The notes under the pieces are model-generated. The model had not been told where the DNA came from. It did no database searches and saw only the letters and a list, made by a program, of their open reading frames with translations. From the NCBI GenBank assembly GCA_022826805.1, contig JAJDUH010000062.1:66060-130059 (forward strand): a stretch of 64,000 nucleotides of DNA. The letters are read 5' to 3'. Of this stretch, positions 45,320 through 55,647 are shown piece by piece. Every line of letters begins with the position of its first letter. The first letter of the stretch is position 1. The position numbers and the translations under genes are program-made. Source of the stretch: Candidatus Poribacteria bacterium (GTDB lineage Bacteria; Poribacteria; WGA-4E; WGA-3G).

Positions 45320-48300
45320 ATGTCAAAAACCATGTCAAAATCTTTCTACGTTTTTTCTCTCTTTTTGCTTGGGTTTCTTGCAGCACTTCATCCAGCGAAT
45401 GCTGGTCCCAATGACCCTGTGAACATCCCTGATCTTGAACTTCGTAAGCTCATTGAAACTTCGCTCCTCAAGAGTCCTGGGGATACAATCACCGAGGCAG
45501 AGATGGCGACAGTGACATCACTCAACGCAGACGGTCCAGACATTCGTGAGCTCACGGGTTTGGAGTATGCTATTAACCTCACTAGGTTGAACTTACTTCG
45601 GGGGATTCCCAGGACCCAGGCAGAGTTAAACGCACGTCCTCGCTTTAATCTCGACCCCCTTTCAGGGCTAACGGAATTGGAATATCTGGCACTTTCAGGT
45701 GTTATAATTTTTGATATGGCGCCCCTGGCGGATTTAACAAAACTTAAATACTTATCACTTACACATACTTATGGCATCAGCAAAATTCCTGACCTATCGA
45801 AACTCACGGCGTTGGTACACCTAAGACTTATCCGTAATGCTATCACGGATATAACAGGGGTCAGCCGTCTAACAAACTTGAGAGATCTAACTATTAGCTC
45901 AAATTCGAACCTCTCGGATATATCGCCCCTGACGCAGTTAAGAAATTTGGAAATTTTGCGGCTTGATGGTACCGACATCACTCATGAATCTCTATCAGCC
46001 GTGCTACCCTTTTTGTCAACAGAAATCGATCAAGAACCATTAGAAGAATACCCTCCTTATTACATTCATTCGGGGGAATTAGGTCTTACCAATACCAACA
46101 TCTCGGACCTATCCGTGTTAGATGCCTTACCCAACGTGTTCTTGGTGAATCTGTATCTGCGCTTCATAGGCACCGGATCCAGTACCTTTTTCCATCTGAC
46201 GGATCTCACCCCTTTGGTGGACCTCATGAACAAGGGAAAGGTCATAAATAGCAGGACGGCTATCTACTTGAGGTTGAACCTTGGACTCGACTATGCGTCC
46301 GTCTACGAAGACTTACCCGCACTCGTATCCGGTAGTCGTAGCGTCGAATATACACCATCTGTCCCTATGCTTGAGAGAGCGTTTCCAGAAGAGGCATCTT
46401 ACAGGGGCCACCCGAGAACACGCTACACGTTTACGGTGCGGGGCGTTAATGAACATCCGAGTGTCCCCGAAAGCTGGTACAGTCTCACGCCACGTCTCAC
46501 GCGAGATCGAGGTGCCAACAGTCAATTCGCGAAAGTGCCTGTCACATGGACGGTTACCGCCCCAGATGGCAGCAGCGAGACGATGAATCCTGTCGAAACA
46601 GGGGACGATGGATTGGCACCCGTACAAATTACCCTCGGCAATGATGGCGAAACACACATCGTGGAAGCCGTCGTCCCAGCAAAGACGACATCCGTGACGA
46701 ACCTCGAGCATCCTGAACTTCGTGTGAGCTTCACAGTGACCGCAGATCGGACAGTTCCACCGCCGCCTAGGCCTTCACCGCCGCCCCAGACAAGCGGTAT
46801 ACGCGGCCCGAATCGGACCCCTGATAGCTTAGCGTTTCGCGGACAAATCGGATTCAGCGAACTAATGTTTGATATGGGTAGTCAACCCGATGCGCTACCC
46901 CAATGGATAGAACTTTGTAATGTGTCTCAGACAGAGACCGTAAATCTCTGGGATTGGAACCTTGAAACCGAGGTGCGCGACGCAGCAGGTCAACATCGGT
47001 ACGCCACCGTCAGACTGGATAACTTGCAGATTTTACCCAATGAAACAGCACTTATCGTGACATCGGATGCCCCTAACTCCATCAATCTCTTAAAAGGGTC
47101 TGTGTATAACTTCTTTGAACACCACCCACATGCGTTTAGGGACAATAAGACTCAGCAGCAGATACCCCGAGCGAATAGCGTGCTCGGTCAGCCGGGTTTC
47201 TACTTAAGGTTATCACACCCGACCGATGGTGTCAGCGATGTTGTCGGCAATCTCGATGGTAATAGATTCACATTGGATGAACCGGCGTGGGTGTTGCCTG
47301 CTGGTATCACAGATACGGGTGTGCGAACATCGTTGCTCCGCCTCTATGATGATAGGGAGCCCCTTGATGGGAAAGTCTCAGAGAACTATGTCCGTGCTGC
47401 AGATGTGGGATTAGAAGTCGCCAGCTATTATGGCAAAGCAACAGACATCGGCAATCCGGGATATAAAAAAGGCTGGACCTTTCCGCCGGGTCCACCTGGA
47501 GGTCTTTATTTTTCGGAGTTGATGCTCACCTCCAAGGGCGGTCTGCATTCTTTGCCACAGTGGATAGAACTTTACAACGATTCAGAGACGGAAGTCGATC
47601 TCCGAGACTATCAACTGAAGGTAGAAACCCTTGATGCTTCGGGTGGACGCCGGCATGCCGTTATCAAGTTGCATAGTTTTCTCATCCCGCCACGTCAGAC
47701 AGCAGTCCTGGTGTCCGGGATTGCGCGGAGCTCGCCGGATGTTCGCCCGCGCGTCTACTCTCTCGCGAGTCATCATCGTGATGTGTTTACCCCGAAAAGC
47801 CATCAAGACCGAAATAAAGTGTTCGGTCAGACGGGGTTCTTCTTAAAGTTGTCCGATCCCGATGGCACCGTCAATGACATCGCTGGCAATCTCGATGGTA
47901 TTGAAGGGACAGCAGACGCGCCGAGGTGGGAGCTGCCCACCGCCGAGAGCGATGTACGGGCCTCGCTGATGCGTCGGTATTACCGTGCCGCTGGGATACC
48001 CCTTGATGGGAAAAGCGAAGAAAACTGGATGCCTGCCTCGGAGATGACGTTAGAAGTCATGTCGTATTACGGTCGCAGCACAGACATCGGCAATCCGGGG
48101 TATGCCAATGACGCAAGACGCATGCCTGGCCCCGCAGTGAGTTTTTCGGAGTTGATGTTTACCCAGCGTCGTGGACGACGTTCGCTGCCGGCGTGGATCG
48201 AAGTCTATAACGGCTCTCAGCGCACCGTCGATTTGAGAGACTATCAACTCGAAATTGAAGCACGCGACGCTCTGGGTGAACATCGCCATGACGTCATTAC

Positions 48301-49732
48301 CTTTCAGCGTCTCAGCATTCCCGCGCATCAGGTCGCCGTATTGGTAACGTCGCCTGGACGGCACTCTTCAGACCTTCCGCTAGATCGTATATACGTTCTT
48401 TATAGACGTATGCCGGCTGCGTTTCGTCATGCCCCGAATCAGATATTGGGTGAGAGCGGTTTTTTCTTGAAGTTGTCGGATCCTGAGGGTCGGGTGAGCG
48501 ACGTTGTGGGCAACCTTGATGGCGATAAACACACAAAAGACACACCCGTATGGGAGTTGCCTGCTGGCAAAACTGATGCGGGTGCTCGGACCTCCTTGAT
48601 GCGTCGGTATCATGAGATCGGTATGCTGCTTGATGGGAGGCTCTCAGAAAACTGGGTGCCTGCCTCAGAAATGCGATTGGAAATCGAAAGTTATTATGGC
48701 AAAGAAACAGACATTGGCAATCCGGGCTACACGAATCAGGCGCGACGTCTGCCTGGACATCAAGTGAGTTTTTCGGAATTGATGCTCACCTCCAAGGGAG
48801 GACTGCATTCTTTACCACAATGGATCGAACTTTACAACGATTCAGAGACGGAAGTCGATTTGAGAGGCTATCAGCTTCACATTGAGGCACGCGACGCTGC
48901 GGGCGCACATCGCCATGGTCTCATCACGCTCAAGGGTTTGCGGATTCCGGCGCATCAGACAGCACTCATCGTGACCTGGCACGGTCGGAGTTCGCGAGAG
49001 ATTCCAAGAGAAACGGTTTACAACGTTTCTGACCAGAAAGCCTTTGATCGCAACGCCGTGTTGGGTGAGCGCGGTTTCTTCTTGAAGTTGTTAGATCCTG
49101 AGGGTCGGATCAGTGACATTGCCGGAAATCTCGATGGGGATCGGCGAACCGCAGATGTCCCGGCGTGGCAGCTCCCAGCTGGCAAAACTCAAGCAGGTCA
49201 TCGGACTTCGTTGATGCGTCGGTATTATCACGTCACAGGCATCCCGCTTGATGGGAGGCTCTCAGAGAACTGGGTGCCTGCCTCGAAGCTGCCGTTGCGA
49301 GTCATGACGTATTGGGGCAAAGCGACAGACATCGGCAATCCAGGGCATCGAGGGGGCGGTCCACTGCCGGTCGGATTGTCGCGTTTTCATCCGGTTCGCG
49401 ATAAAGCCACGGGGCATGTGGAGATTACCTGGGTCACAGAGTCAGAATTGAACACTGCGGGTTTCAATATCCTACGGAGTGAGACGAAGTTGGGTGGGTT
49501 CAAGGTTATCAACGTCAAAGGTCTCATCGCTGGGCACGGCACGACGAATGAGAAGCACGTGTATACCTTTACGGATACAACTGCGAAACCGAATGTTGTT
49601 TACTACTACCGGCTCGAGGATGTTTCCTTAGCGGGTCAGCACACGCCGTTGGCGACGACGCATGTGCGGGGGCATGTTATAGCTGCGGGTAAACTGACGA
49701 TGATATGGGGCGATTTAAAGAAATCGCATTAG
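45320..49732 (+). CDS. Giant secreted protein: N-terminal leucine-rich repeats + four lamin-tail-domain (LTD) modules + C-terminal beta-sandwich
   Basis: Start at MSKTMSKSFYVFSLFLLGFLAALHPANA (signal peptide). LRR units (L..L..L.L..N.I.DI..L). Four ~210-aa modules FSELM(F/L)...LPQWIELYN.S...V(D/N)L..(Y/W).L ... YYGK.TDIGNPGY. Confidence 0.85.
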   Translation: MSKTMSKSFYVFSLFLLGFLAALHPANAGPNDPVNIPDLELRKLIETSLLKSPGDTITEAEMATVTSLNADGPDIRELTGLEYAINLTRLNLLRGIPRTQAELNARPRFNLDPLSGLTELEYLALSGVIIFDMAPLADLTKLKYLSLTHTYGISKIPDLSKLTALVHLRLIRNAITDITGVSRLTNLRDLTISSNSNLSDISPLTQLRNLEILRLDGTDITHESLSAVLPFLSTEIDQEPLEEYPPYYIHSGELGLTNTNISDLSVLDALPNVFLVNLYLRFIGTGSSTFFHLTDLTPLVDLMNKGKVINSRTAIYLRLNLGLDYASVYEDLPALVSGSRSVEYTPSVPMLERAFPEEASYRGHPRTRYTFTVRGVNEHPSVPESWYSLTPRLTRDRGANSQFAKVPVTWTVTAPDGSSETMNPVETGDDGLAPVQITLGNDGETHIVEAVVPAKTTSVTNLEHPELRVSFTVTADRTVPPPPRPSPPPQTSGIRGPNRTPDSLAFRGQIGFSELMFDMGSQPDALPQWIELCNVSQTETVNLWDWNLETEVRDAAGQHRYATVRLDNLQILPNETALIVTSDAPNSINLLKGSVYNFFEHHPHAFRDNKTQQQIPRANSVLGQPGFYLRLSHPTDGVSDVVGNLDGNRFTLDEPAWVLPAGITDTGVRTSLLRLYDDREPLDGKVSENYVRAADVGLEVASYYGKATDIGNPGYKKGWTFPPGPPGGLYFSELMLTSKGGLHSLPQWIELYNDSETEVDLRDYQLKVETLDASGGRRHAVIKLHSFLIPPRQTAVLVSGIARSSPDVRPRVYSLASHHRDVFTPKSHQDRNKVFGQTGFFLKLSDPDGTVNDIAGNLDGIEGTADAPRWELPTAESDVRASLMRRYYRAAGIPLDGKSEENWMPASEMTLEVMSYYGRSTDIGNPGYANDARRMPGPAVSFSELMFTQRRGRRSLPAWIEVYNGSQRTVDLRDYQLEIEARDALGEHRHDVITFQRLSIPAHQVAVLVTSPGRHSSDLPLDRIYVLYRRMPAAFRHAPNQILGESGFFLKLSDPEGRVSDVVGNLDGDKHTKDTPVWELPAGKTDAGARTSLMRRYHEIGMLLDGRLSENWVPASEMRLEIESYYGKETDIGNPGYTNQARRLPGHQVSFSELMLTSKGGLHSLPQWIELYNDSETEVDLRGYQLHIEARDAAGAHRHGLITLKGLRIPAHQTALIVTWHGRSSREIPRETVYNVSDQKAFDRNAVLGERGFFLKLLDPEGRISDIAGNLDGDRRTADVPAWQLPAGKTQAGHRTSLMRRYYHVTGIPLDGRLSENWVPASKLPLRVMTYWGKATDIGNPGHRGGGPLPVGLSRFHPVRDKATGHVEITWVTESELNTAGFNILRSETKLGGFKVINVKGLIAGHGTTNEKHVYTFTDTTAKPNVVYYYRLEDVSLAGQHTPLATTHVRGHVIAAGKLTMIWGDLKKSH

Positions 49733-49761
49733 GAATGTTTACATATTTTGACAATTCACTA

Positions 49762-49796
49762 TAGTTATTAGTTATCAGTTATCAGTGGTCAGTTGT
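49762..49796. repeat. Heptanucleotide tandem array (tagttat tagttat cagttat cagtggt cagttgt)
   Basis: Five units read directly. Same family as 55648-55676. Confidence 0.9.
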
Positions 49797-49850
49797 GAAT
49801 ATCTGAACCAAGATTTACAGGATTCAAGGTTTTTCAGGATTGGCGGCTTT

Positions 49851-49926
49851 AGCCCCAGCGGGGCGATAGGTGTATAGCACGCCCGGATCCCCAACCACAA
49901 AAGCCCCAGCGGGGCGATAGGTGTAT
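49851..49926. repeat. REP doublet (left flank of the Y1 transposase gene)
   Basis: agccccagcggggcgataggtgtat at 49851- and 49902-. Each contains the hairpin GCCCC-agc-GGGGC. Confidence 0.9.
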
Positions 49927-50400
49927 CAGGCATCAAACGCATCATCCGTATCAAAAACGTATTTCGGATTGTAGGGAACATCGAAACGTTTCAGAAACGC
50001 GAGATATTCCTCTCTAAATGTCTGATGTGAATGATGGACCTCCTGATTTTTTAATGTAACGAACGACAGTATCTAACTGTGAGTGAGAATATGAGAACGC
50101 GCCAAAGCCCGTCTGCCATTGGAATTTTCCGAGAACCCATCTCTTTTTATTAATGAATTTTGATGAATTTGCCTTGATGTCCCTTACTAAATCAGAGAGT
50201 GCCATATCGGGTGTCATCCCGACAAGGATATGGATATGATCGGGCATTGAATTAATCCGAATGACTGTTTGCTTTTTGTTGGTGATAATGCGGGTAATAT
50301 ATTGGTGTAAAGCTTCTTTGTGCTGTTTTGGAATTAGGGATTGTCTCCCTTTGACGGCAAAGACAACATGCATGTAAATTTGGGTATAGGTATCCGCCAT
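49926..50400 (-). pseudogene. IS200-like Y1 (HUH) transposase in a REP-associated (RAYT-like) arrangement; frameshifted in an A6 run
   Basis: YMHVVFAVKGR, MPDHIHILVG (HUH), GFGAFSYS (catalytic Tyr region). After ...VVRYIK the family-typical NQEVHHSHQTFREEYLAFLKRFDVPYNPKYVF continues in the +1 frame to TGA at 49926-49928. The shift is at the T6/A6 run 50047-50052. Confidence 0.8.
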
Positions 50401-50405
50401 AGTTC

Positions 50406-50484
50406 TATGCGCCTTTCGCCCCGCTGGGGCTTATGGGTTGGTGGGTTTCCCATATTTCTATACACCTTTCGCCCCGCTGGGGCT
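50406..50484. repeat. REP doublet (right flank), inverted relative to the left doublet
   Basis: tatgcgcctttcgccccgctggggct (50406-50431) and tatacacctttcgccccgctggggct (50459-50484). The second differs from the reverse complement of the left copies at one position. Confidence 0.9.
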
Positions 50485-50656
50485 ATAAGATGCACAGGCT
50501 AACGGTTTCCTATGCTACAAAGTGCATACCCAGATGCAGGAGAATTGAATGACCCTGGAATAAATATAATATCGGCTTGTAATCAGTGTGGTAATTTGAT
50601 ACACTTAAAGCCTTACAGATCACGGAAAAATTGACAGGTAAAAAGGAGCTGAGTGA

Positions 50657-51757
50657 ATGTCTAATACAACTCCAGTTCGCATGGTGATTGTTGGATGTGG
50701 TATGATAGCGGCGGGTGGCTACCAGCCCCGATGCCAAGCGTATCCCCATCGTATTGAATTGGTTGGCTACTACGACGAAGATGAAGGGCGTGCCTCAGCA
50801 TTGGCAGAACGAAACGGTGGACACGTTTATAAATCACTTGACGAAGTGCTGAACGATCCAAATGTAGAAGCGATTGTGAATTTGACGATTCATATTTCCC
50901 ACTATCCGGTTTCGCTGGCAGCACTGAAAGCAGGAAAACACGTCTATTCTGAGAAACCGATTTCGATCCGAACCGATGAGGCGAACGAACTCGTCGAAAC
51001 AGCGGAAGCAATGGGTTTGAAACTGGCGTGTGCGCCTTCAGCGATTCTCGGCTACGTTCAACAGAACGTTTGGCAGCGGATACGCGAGGGCGAAATCGGC
51101 GATGTCATCTCTGCGATTGGTAACTTCGGTGGTCCGTTGGAACACTGGCACCCGAATGCGGACGCGTTTCTGATGCACGCCGGTCCCTTCCGAGATGTCG
51201 CGCCTTATCCACTCACAGCAATGACTACGATGATCGCCCCTGTTAAAACGGTGCACGGCTTTGCAAGGCTTGCTGTTCCGAAACGAACGTTAACTCAAGG
51301 ACCGCGGAAGGGAACTGAGTTTGAGGTAAACGAGAAAGATCACGGGTTTGCTGTACTGGAATTTGAGAACGGAGCACACGGACTGATTTATCACAGTTTC
51401 ACTGTCGCTTCTGGGATTCCACCTTATGAAATCCACGGCACAGCAGGCGGATTCTCTCTTCAGGCACACGATGACGGGCGCGGTATTCAAAAATTTACAC
51501 CACAGGACAGGTGGCAAGATGAACCTTCTCCCCCGAAATCTTTTACAGGGTTGGATTGGGGCAAAGGTGTTGCGGATTTCGCTGACGCAATCCGATCCGA
51601 CCGAAACCCGCGCTGTAACGGTGCGCAAGCACGGCACGCGTTAGAAGTATGTGAACGCGTGATTGAATCTTCTGACGTGGGGAAGCCTGTTGATGTCGTA
51701 AGCCGTTTCCCGGCACCACCACCCGTTGGGGATGTGGCACCGTGGGAAACAGATTAG
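50657..51757 (+). CDS. Gfo/Idh/MocA family oxidoreductase
   Basis: 366 aa. VRMVIVGCGMIA Rossmann start, EKP motif (VYSEKPIS). Confidence 0.85.
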   Translation: MSNTTPVRMVIVGCGMIAAGGYQPRCQAYPHRIELVGYYDEDEGRASALAERNGGHVYKSLDEVLNDPNVEAIVNLTIHISHYPVSLAALKAGKHVYSEKPISIRTDEANELVETAEAMGLKLACAPSAILGYVQQNVWQRIREGEIGDVISAIGNFGGPLEHWHPNADAFLMHAGPFRDVAPYPLTAMTTMIAPVKTVHGFARLAVPKRTLTQGPRKGTEFEVNEKDHGFAVLEFENGAHGLIYHSFTVASGIPPYEIHGTAGGFSLQAHDDGRGIQKFTPQDRWQDEPSPPKSFTGLDWGKGVADFADAIRSDRNPRCNGAQARHALEVCERVIESSDVGKPVDVVSRFPAPPPVGDVAPWETD

Positions 51758-51821
51758 TCAGCGGTTAGTGGTCAGGGCGTTCACTGCGAAAGCCGAAGCC
51801 ATTTTCAGCAGTCAGCAGTCG

Positions 51822-51879
51822 TAGGGATTTGGAAATCCGTCCTATTTTGTTGGGTTTCACTACGTTCAACCCAACCTAC
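51822..51879. repeat. Two dispersed hairpin modules
   Basis: tagGGATTTggAAATCCgtccta (51822-51844) and gttgggtttcactacgttcaacccaacctac (51849-51879, copy of 22759-22789). Confidence 0.7.
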
Positions 51880-51935
51880 AAGTATCAATTTGCATCTGGA
51901 CAGAACACTGCATTACCGATTTATTTCCTTTAATT

Positions 51936-54644
51936 TCATTGACTAAGGCTGAGCAGGTTGACGAAAAGACGGTATGCCCCTCCTACACCTGCCGGGAGTT
52001 GTCTATAAAAGGCATAGGCGGCGTAGGTATAGGTGCCTTGTCCGTATTGGGCATAGAGAAATCCGCCGTGCTGTGGTTCCTGCTCGCGGTCGTTGCATGT
52101 GAGGAGTGCTTGATAGTTGGAGTCCCATTCGGTCAAGAATTTTGAACCGCGTTCCTCAACCCATCCGTTGAAATCCGCCTCTGTAATTCGGTTTGGATGC
52201 TGGAAAATCGGATGCTCTGGCATTAGAATGGTCACCTGTGTGTCCTCTTCGGATACCTCCTCTGGACGTCTGCCCATTGTATAAGGATAGGGACCGAAAG
52301 GTGCTGCATCAAATTCTGGGGTCTGATATTGTACGATGAGATTGCCACCTTTATGGGCGTAATCGAGGAGCCGTCCATTATAGGCGATAAGATCCTGTCG
52401 CACAGCATACGCTCGAATGCCGACCAGAATGGTATCAAACCGATTTAAATCACCGGTACGGAGTTCTTCTCGATCAAGCATCTCAACGTCGATACCGATC
52501 TGTTGTAGTGCTTCAGGCACCCTATCACCCACACCCATGATGTAACCGACTTTCAAATCCGTTGGAAGTTCAATCGAAACGCCGTGAAGCTTCATTGTCG
52601 CAGGGCGATATAGGTGGCGCGGTTCAAGATCAGGATGATCAATCGCCTGATAACCGGTGGCGTATTCCTCGCCATTGGATGTAGCGACTGCTTGAATTGT
52701 GTAATCTTTTCCCGCTTCTACATCTTCAGCGGACACCTGAAAAGTAAACGTCTTACTTGCCCCTTCGTGTGTGAAGGCAAAAGATGCACTTTCAGGCGAC
52801 GGACGCCATCCGTCTGGTAACTTGAGCGAAAGTGTGCCTTCTGATTCACCCTTTACGTTATTTAGCATCTCCACCGTGACGGTAAACGTCGTTTTCCCAC
52901 CCGCCATAGCAGATTCAGATATGGGAATCACACCGATACGCGGCGACACAGAGAGACTGATGGCGGGAGCTACGGTTAGCAAACGTCGTCTCTCTCCCCA
53001 AGGTCGGTTGATCGAAACTGTTTGTGCGGGTCGTGTGAGCGTAAAGTCGACCCCATCCACGCGATAGGTCACAACACCTTGAACATCAGGTGGCGTGTAA
53101 GGTAAGAATCGGAATTCTGGACGCTCGAGTGTATAGACAGCGTCGTGGTACTCAGAGGCGCGCGTCCAATAGGGTTGCGTGTACGCGGTATTTTTTGGCA
53201 CTTCCACCTCAAACGCAATAGAGACTGGCTGGTTTGTCTGTATGGACATCATCTCTTTCTGACCTGTCTCTGTTGGCATTTGACGTACATTCCAATCTTC
53301 CGGGGTCTGGAGTGATGCGCCAACAAATTCAGCTGCAACCGGCGCTGGATTTACCATCCGCATGCCGATTGAAAATTTCTGTCCCGGAATTGCGACAGCG
53401 AAGGTTTCAGGTGAGCGGAAGAATCCTTCTTGTGCCCCTTCGGGTTGAACGAGTACCTCCAGAGACATACCGAGCGCAGCACTCGCGGCATCCATCAATT
53501 CCTGTTCTTTATTTCTGAGGAGGAAAAGGAGATGTGCGCGGGTGGCATCATCAAGCTTTATGCTCTGGACGTTCTCGATTAAGGTGCGGGTCGTCTTTAA
53601 CCCATGCACGAGGTGAGGAACAACGCTCCAAGGTTGACGGGCATCGTAGTCCTGTAGTGCAGCATCAACGCTTTCTTGGAGTTGCGTAAACGTGGCATTC
53701 AGGTCAGGTGCGTTAGCGAGTGTTGCCATACCCATAATTGTAGTGTCAAGCCCATCAAAGAGACGCTCCTCGGCTGCCATTTGCTCGGAGAGGACTGTAT
53801 CAACCAACCGCAATTCGGCAATCAAAGCACCCTTGGATGCGCGTGTTTGCCCCACGCCCTGTGAACGCTGGAGGCTGAGACCTTGACGTGCAATCTGTGC
53901 ATAAGAGAGTCCTAACAATGCGTTGTATTCACCCGTATCAATTTTTATCATGGGTCTATCATCAGTTTCGGTATTGCTACGTCTCCACCTGGAACGTGTG
54001 ATATAGAGTTTCTTCGGTTGCCACGGTTGTAGCCCCTCGGCGATATGTTCAGGAAACCGATTTGCATCGCCTGCGGCACGGAACGCTTCTAAAGTCACAA
54101 CGCCAGACGCTTGATGGTGTCCATGTCCATCTTGGCGATTCCCCTGATACCGAGAGATGATGACATCGGGCCGGTAATGGCGAATTAGGCGCACCATATC
54201 CTCTAAAAGCATCTGGTAATCCCATTTTTCTAACGTTTCGTCGAGTCGTTTGGAATAACCGAAATCGACGGCACTGCTAAAAAAGAGATCTATACCGTAA
54301 TAGCGCACAGCGGCAAGATGTTCTTCGGTCCGAACAATGCCGAGTGCGTCGAATAATTCGGGTCCGATGAGGTTTGCACCACCTTCTCCTCGTGTAGTTG
54401 AGTATAATCCGGTCCTAATGCCTTGTCCACGACTGAGCCACGTTAGCAACGCTCCGTTTTCGTCGTCAGGGTGCGCAACAGTGTGTAGGACGGTGGCAGT
54501 TGTCTGTAGGCGTTGTAAGGCGCGCCAAACCTCGGAAGCGTTCGTTACTCCCGCCATTTCGCCTGTCTCTGCCATTGCTGTGTTACCTCCTATTGTTGCA
54601 AATAGTGCGAAAACCAAAATTGATATTACGATTTTTTTGTACAT
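51936..54644 (-). CDS. Large secreted PIG-L/LmbE-family deacetylase with C-terminal extension
   Basis: Start moved to MYKKIVISILVFALFATIGG (GGAGGA RBS). AHPDDE motif (VAHPDDENGALL), HGHH. About 900 aa. Confidence 0.75.
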   Translation of the reverse strand: MYKKIVISILVFALFATIGGNTAMAETGEMAGVTNASEVWRALQRLQTTATVLHTVAHPDDENGALLTWLSRGQGIRTGLYSTTRGEGGANLIGPELFDALGIVRTEEHLAAVRYYGIDLFFSSAVDFGYSKRLDETLEKWDYQMLLEDMVRLIRHYRPDVIISRYQGNRQDGHGHHQASGVVTLEAFRAAGDANRFPEHIAEGLQPWQPKKLYITRSRWRRSNTETDDRPMIKIDTGEYNALLGLSYAQIARQGLSLQRSQGVGQTRASKGALIAELRLVDTVLSEQMAAEERLFDGLDTTIMGMATLANAPDLNATFTQLQESVDAALQDYDARQPWSVVPHLVHGLKTTRTLIENVQSIKLDDATRAHLLFLLRNKEQELMDAASAALGMSLEVLVQPEGAQEGFFRSPETFAVAIPGQKFSIGMRMVNPAPVAAEFVGASLQTPEDWNVRQMPTETGQKEMMSIQTNQPVSIAFEVEVPKNTAYTQPYWTRASEYHDAVYTLERPEFRFLPYTPPDVQGVVTYRVDGVDFTLTRPAQTVSINRPWGERRRLLTVAPAISLSVSPRIGVIPISESAMAGGKTTFTVTVEMLNNVKGESEGTLSLKLPDGWRPSPESASFAFTHEGASKTFTFQVSAEDVEAGKDYTIQAVATSNGEEYATGYQAIDHPDLEPRHLYRPATMKLHGVSIELPTDLKVGYIMGVGDRVPEALQQIGIDVEMLDREELRTGDLNRFDTILVGIRAYAVRQDLIAYNGRLLDYAHKGGNLIVQYQTPEFDAAPFGPYPYTMGRRPEEVSEEDTQVTILMPEHPIFQHPNRITEADFNGWVEERGSKFLTEWDSNYQALLTCNDREQEPQHGGFLYAQYGQGTYTYAAYAFYRQLPAGVGGAYRLFVNLLSLSQ

Positions 54645-54746
54645 TAAGTCCTCCAAGAGCTGATAGGCGGAAAATATAAAGCAAAGATAAATTTTGCCAC
54701 GTGTAGGCAAAATTTGGAAATCCCTCCGACAAAGAGCTATCAGTTA

Positions 54747-55568
54747 TTAAGAAAGCGCGTCGCGGAGCATTTCGACACTCTGTGGGACACCGATGTGTGC
54801 ATCCGCTTTGCCTTCAAATTCAATGGACACGTACCCTTGAAACCCAGCATCTTTTAGAATACTGCCAATTTTAGCATAATCCAGATCGAGTGTATACCAT
54901 TCGCCACCGCCGTAATAGGTTTTGGCATGAACAAGCACTGCCTCGTTTGCAATTTGTGTTAGTTTTTCGTATGGATTAGAGAGGAAATTACCGCAATCCA
55001 TTGTCACCTTCAACCACGCTGAGTCGATAGCGGAAACGATACGGTCAACACCCTCAGGTGTGCAAGTCAGTCCCCAGTGGTTTTCGAGTCCGAGAACGAC
55101 CCCATATTTTTCAGCGTCTGGAAGACATTTTTCTATGGCAGCGATGACCCACTCGAATGCCTCATCTTCTGTGTGTCCGGGGAGTGTCGGTTCTTGTCCT
55201 TCGGTTTTCATTAATTCATCGAAAGAGGGAACAGTGCCCCACCGTCCTGAGTTGAGACGAATTGAGGGGATGCCGAGTTCATGCGCTAATCTGATGCAGT
55301 GAATAGTGTGATTGATATTTTTTTGGCGTGTCGCTTCGTCTGGCGAAACGAAGCCTTGATGGATAGAGAGGGCGTATAGATCCAGTCCGTGAGTGAAGGC
55401 GTGTCGTTTCAGTCTTTGAAGATACGGATTTGCTTCGGATGCCATCTGTTGATGTAAGATTTCAACGCCGTCGAGTTCAAGCCGTGCGGCTTCCTCAATG
55501 ACGTGCTCAATAGGCACCCGTTCTGGTTTGAAATGCCAATAAGAATAAGTCGATACACCGAGTTTCAA
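54747..55568 (-). CDS. Sugar phosphate isomerase/epimerase (xylose-isomerase-like TIM barrel)
   Basis: 273 aa. LGLENHWG and YVSIEFEG family-typical segments. Confidence 0.8.
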   Translation of the reverse strand: MKLGVSTYSYWHFKPERVPIEHVIEEAARLELDGVEILHQQMASEANPYLQRLKRHAFTHGLDLYALSIHQGFVSPDEATRQKNINHTIHCIRLAHELGIPSIRLNSGRWGTVPSFDELMKTEGQEPTLPGHTEDEAFEWVIAAIEKCLPDAEKYGVVLGLENHWGLTCTPEGVDRIVSAIDSAWLKVTMDCGNFLSNPYEKLTQIANEAVLVHAKTYYGGGEWYTLDLDYAKIGSILKDAGFQGYVSIEFEGKADAHIGVPQSVEMLRDALS

Positions 55569-55647
55569 TTTATCACCTCAAGCGGAGTCTTTATTCCCGC
55601 TATGATAACACAACTCGGTGCATATAATCCAGTTTTTTATTTTTAGA

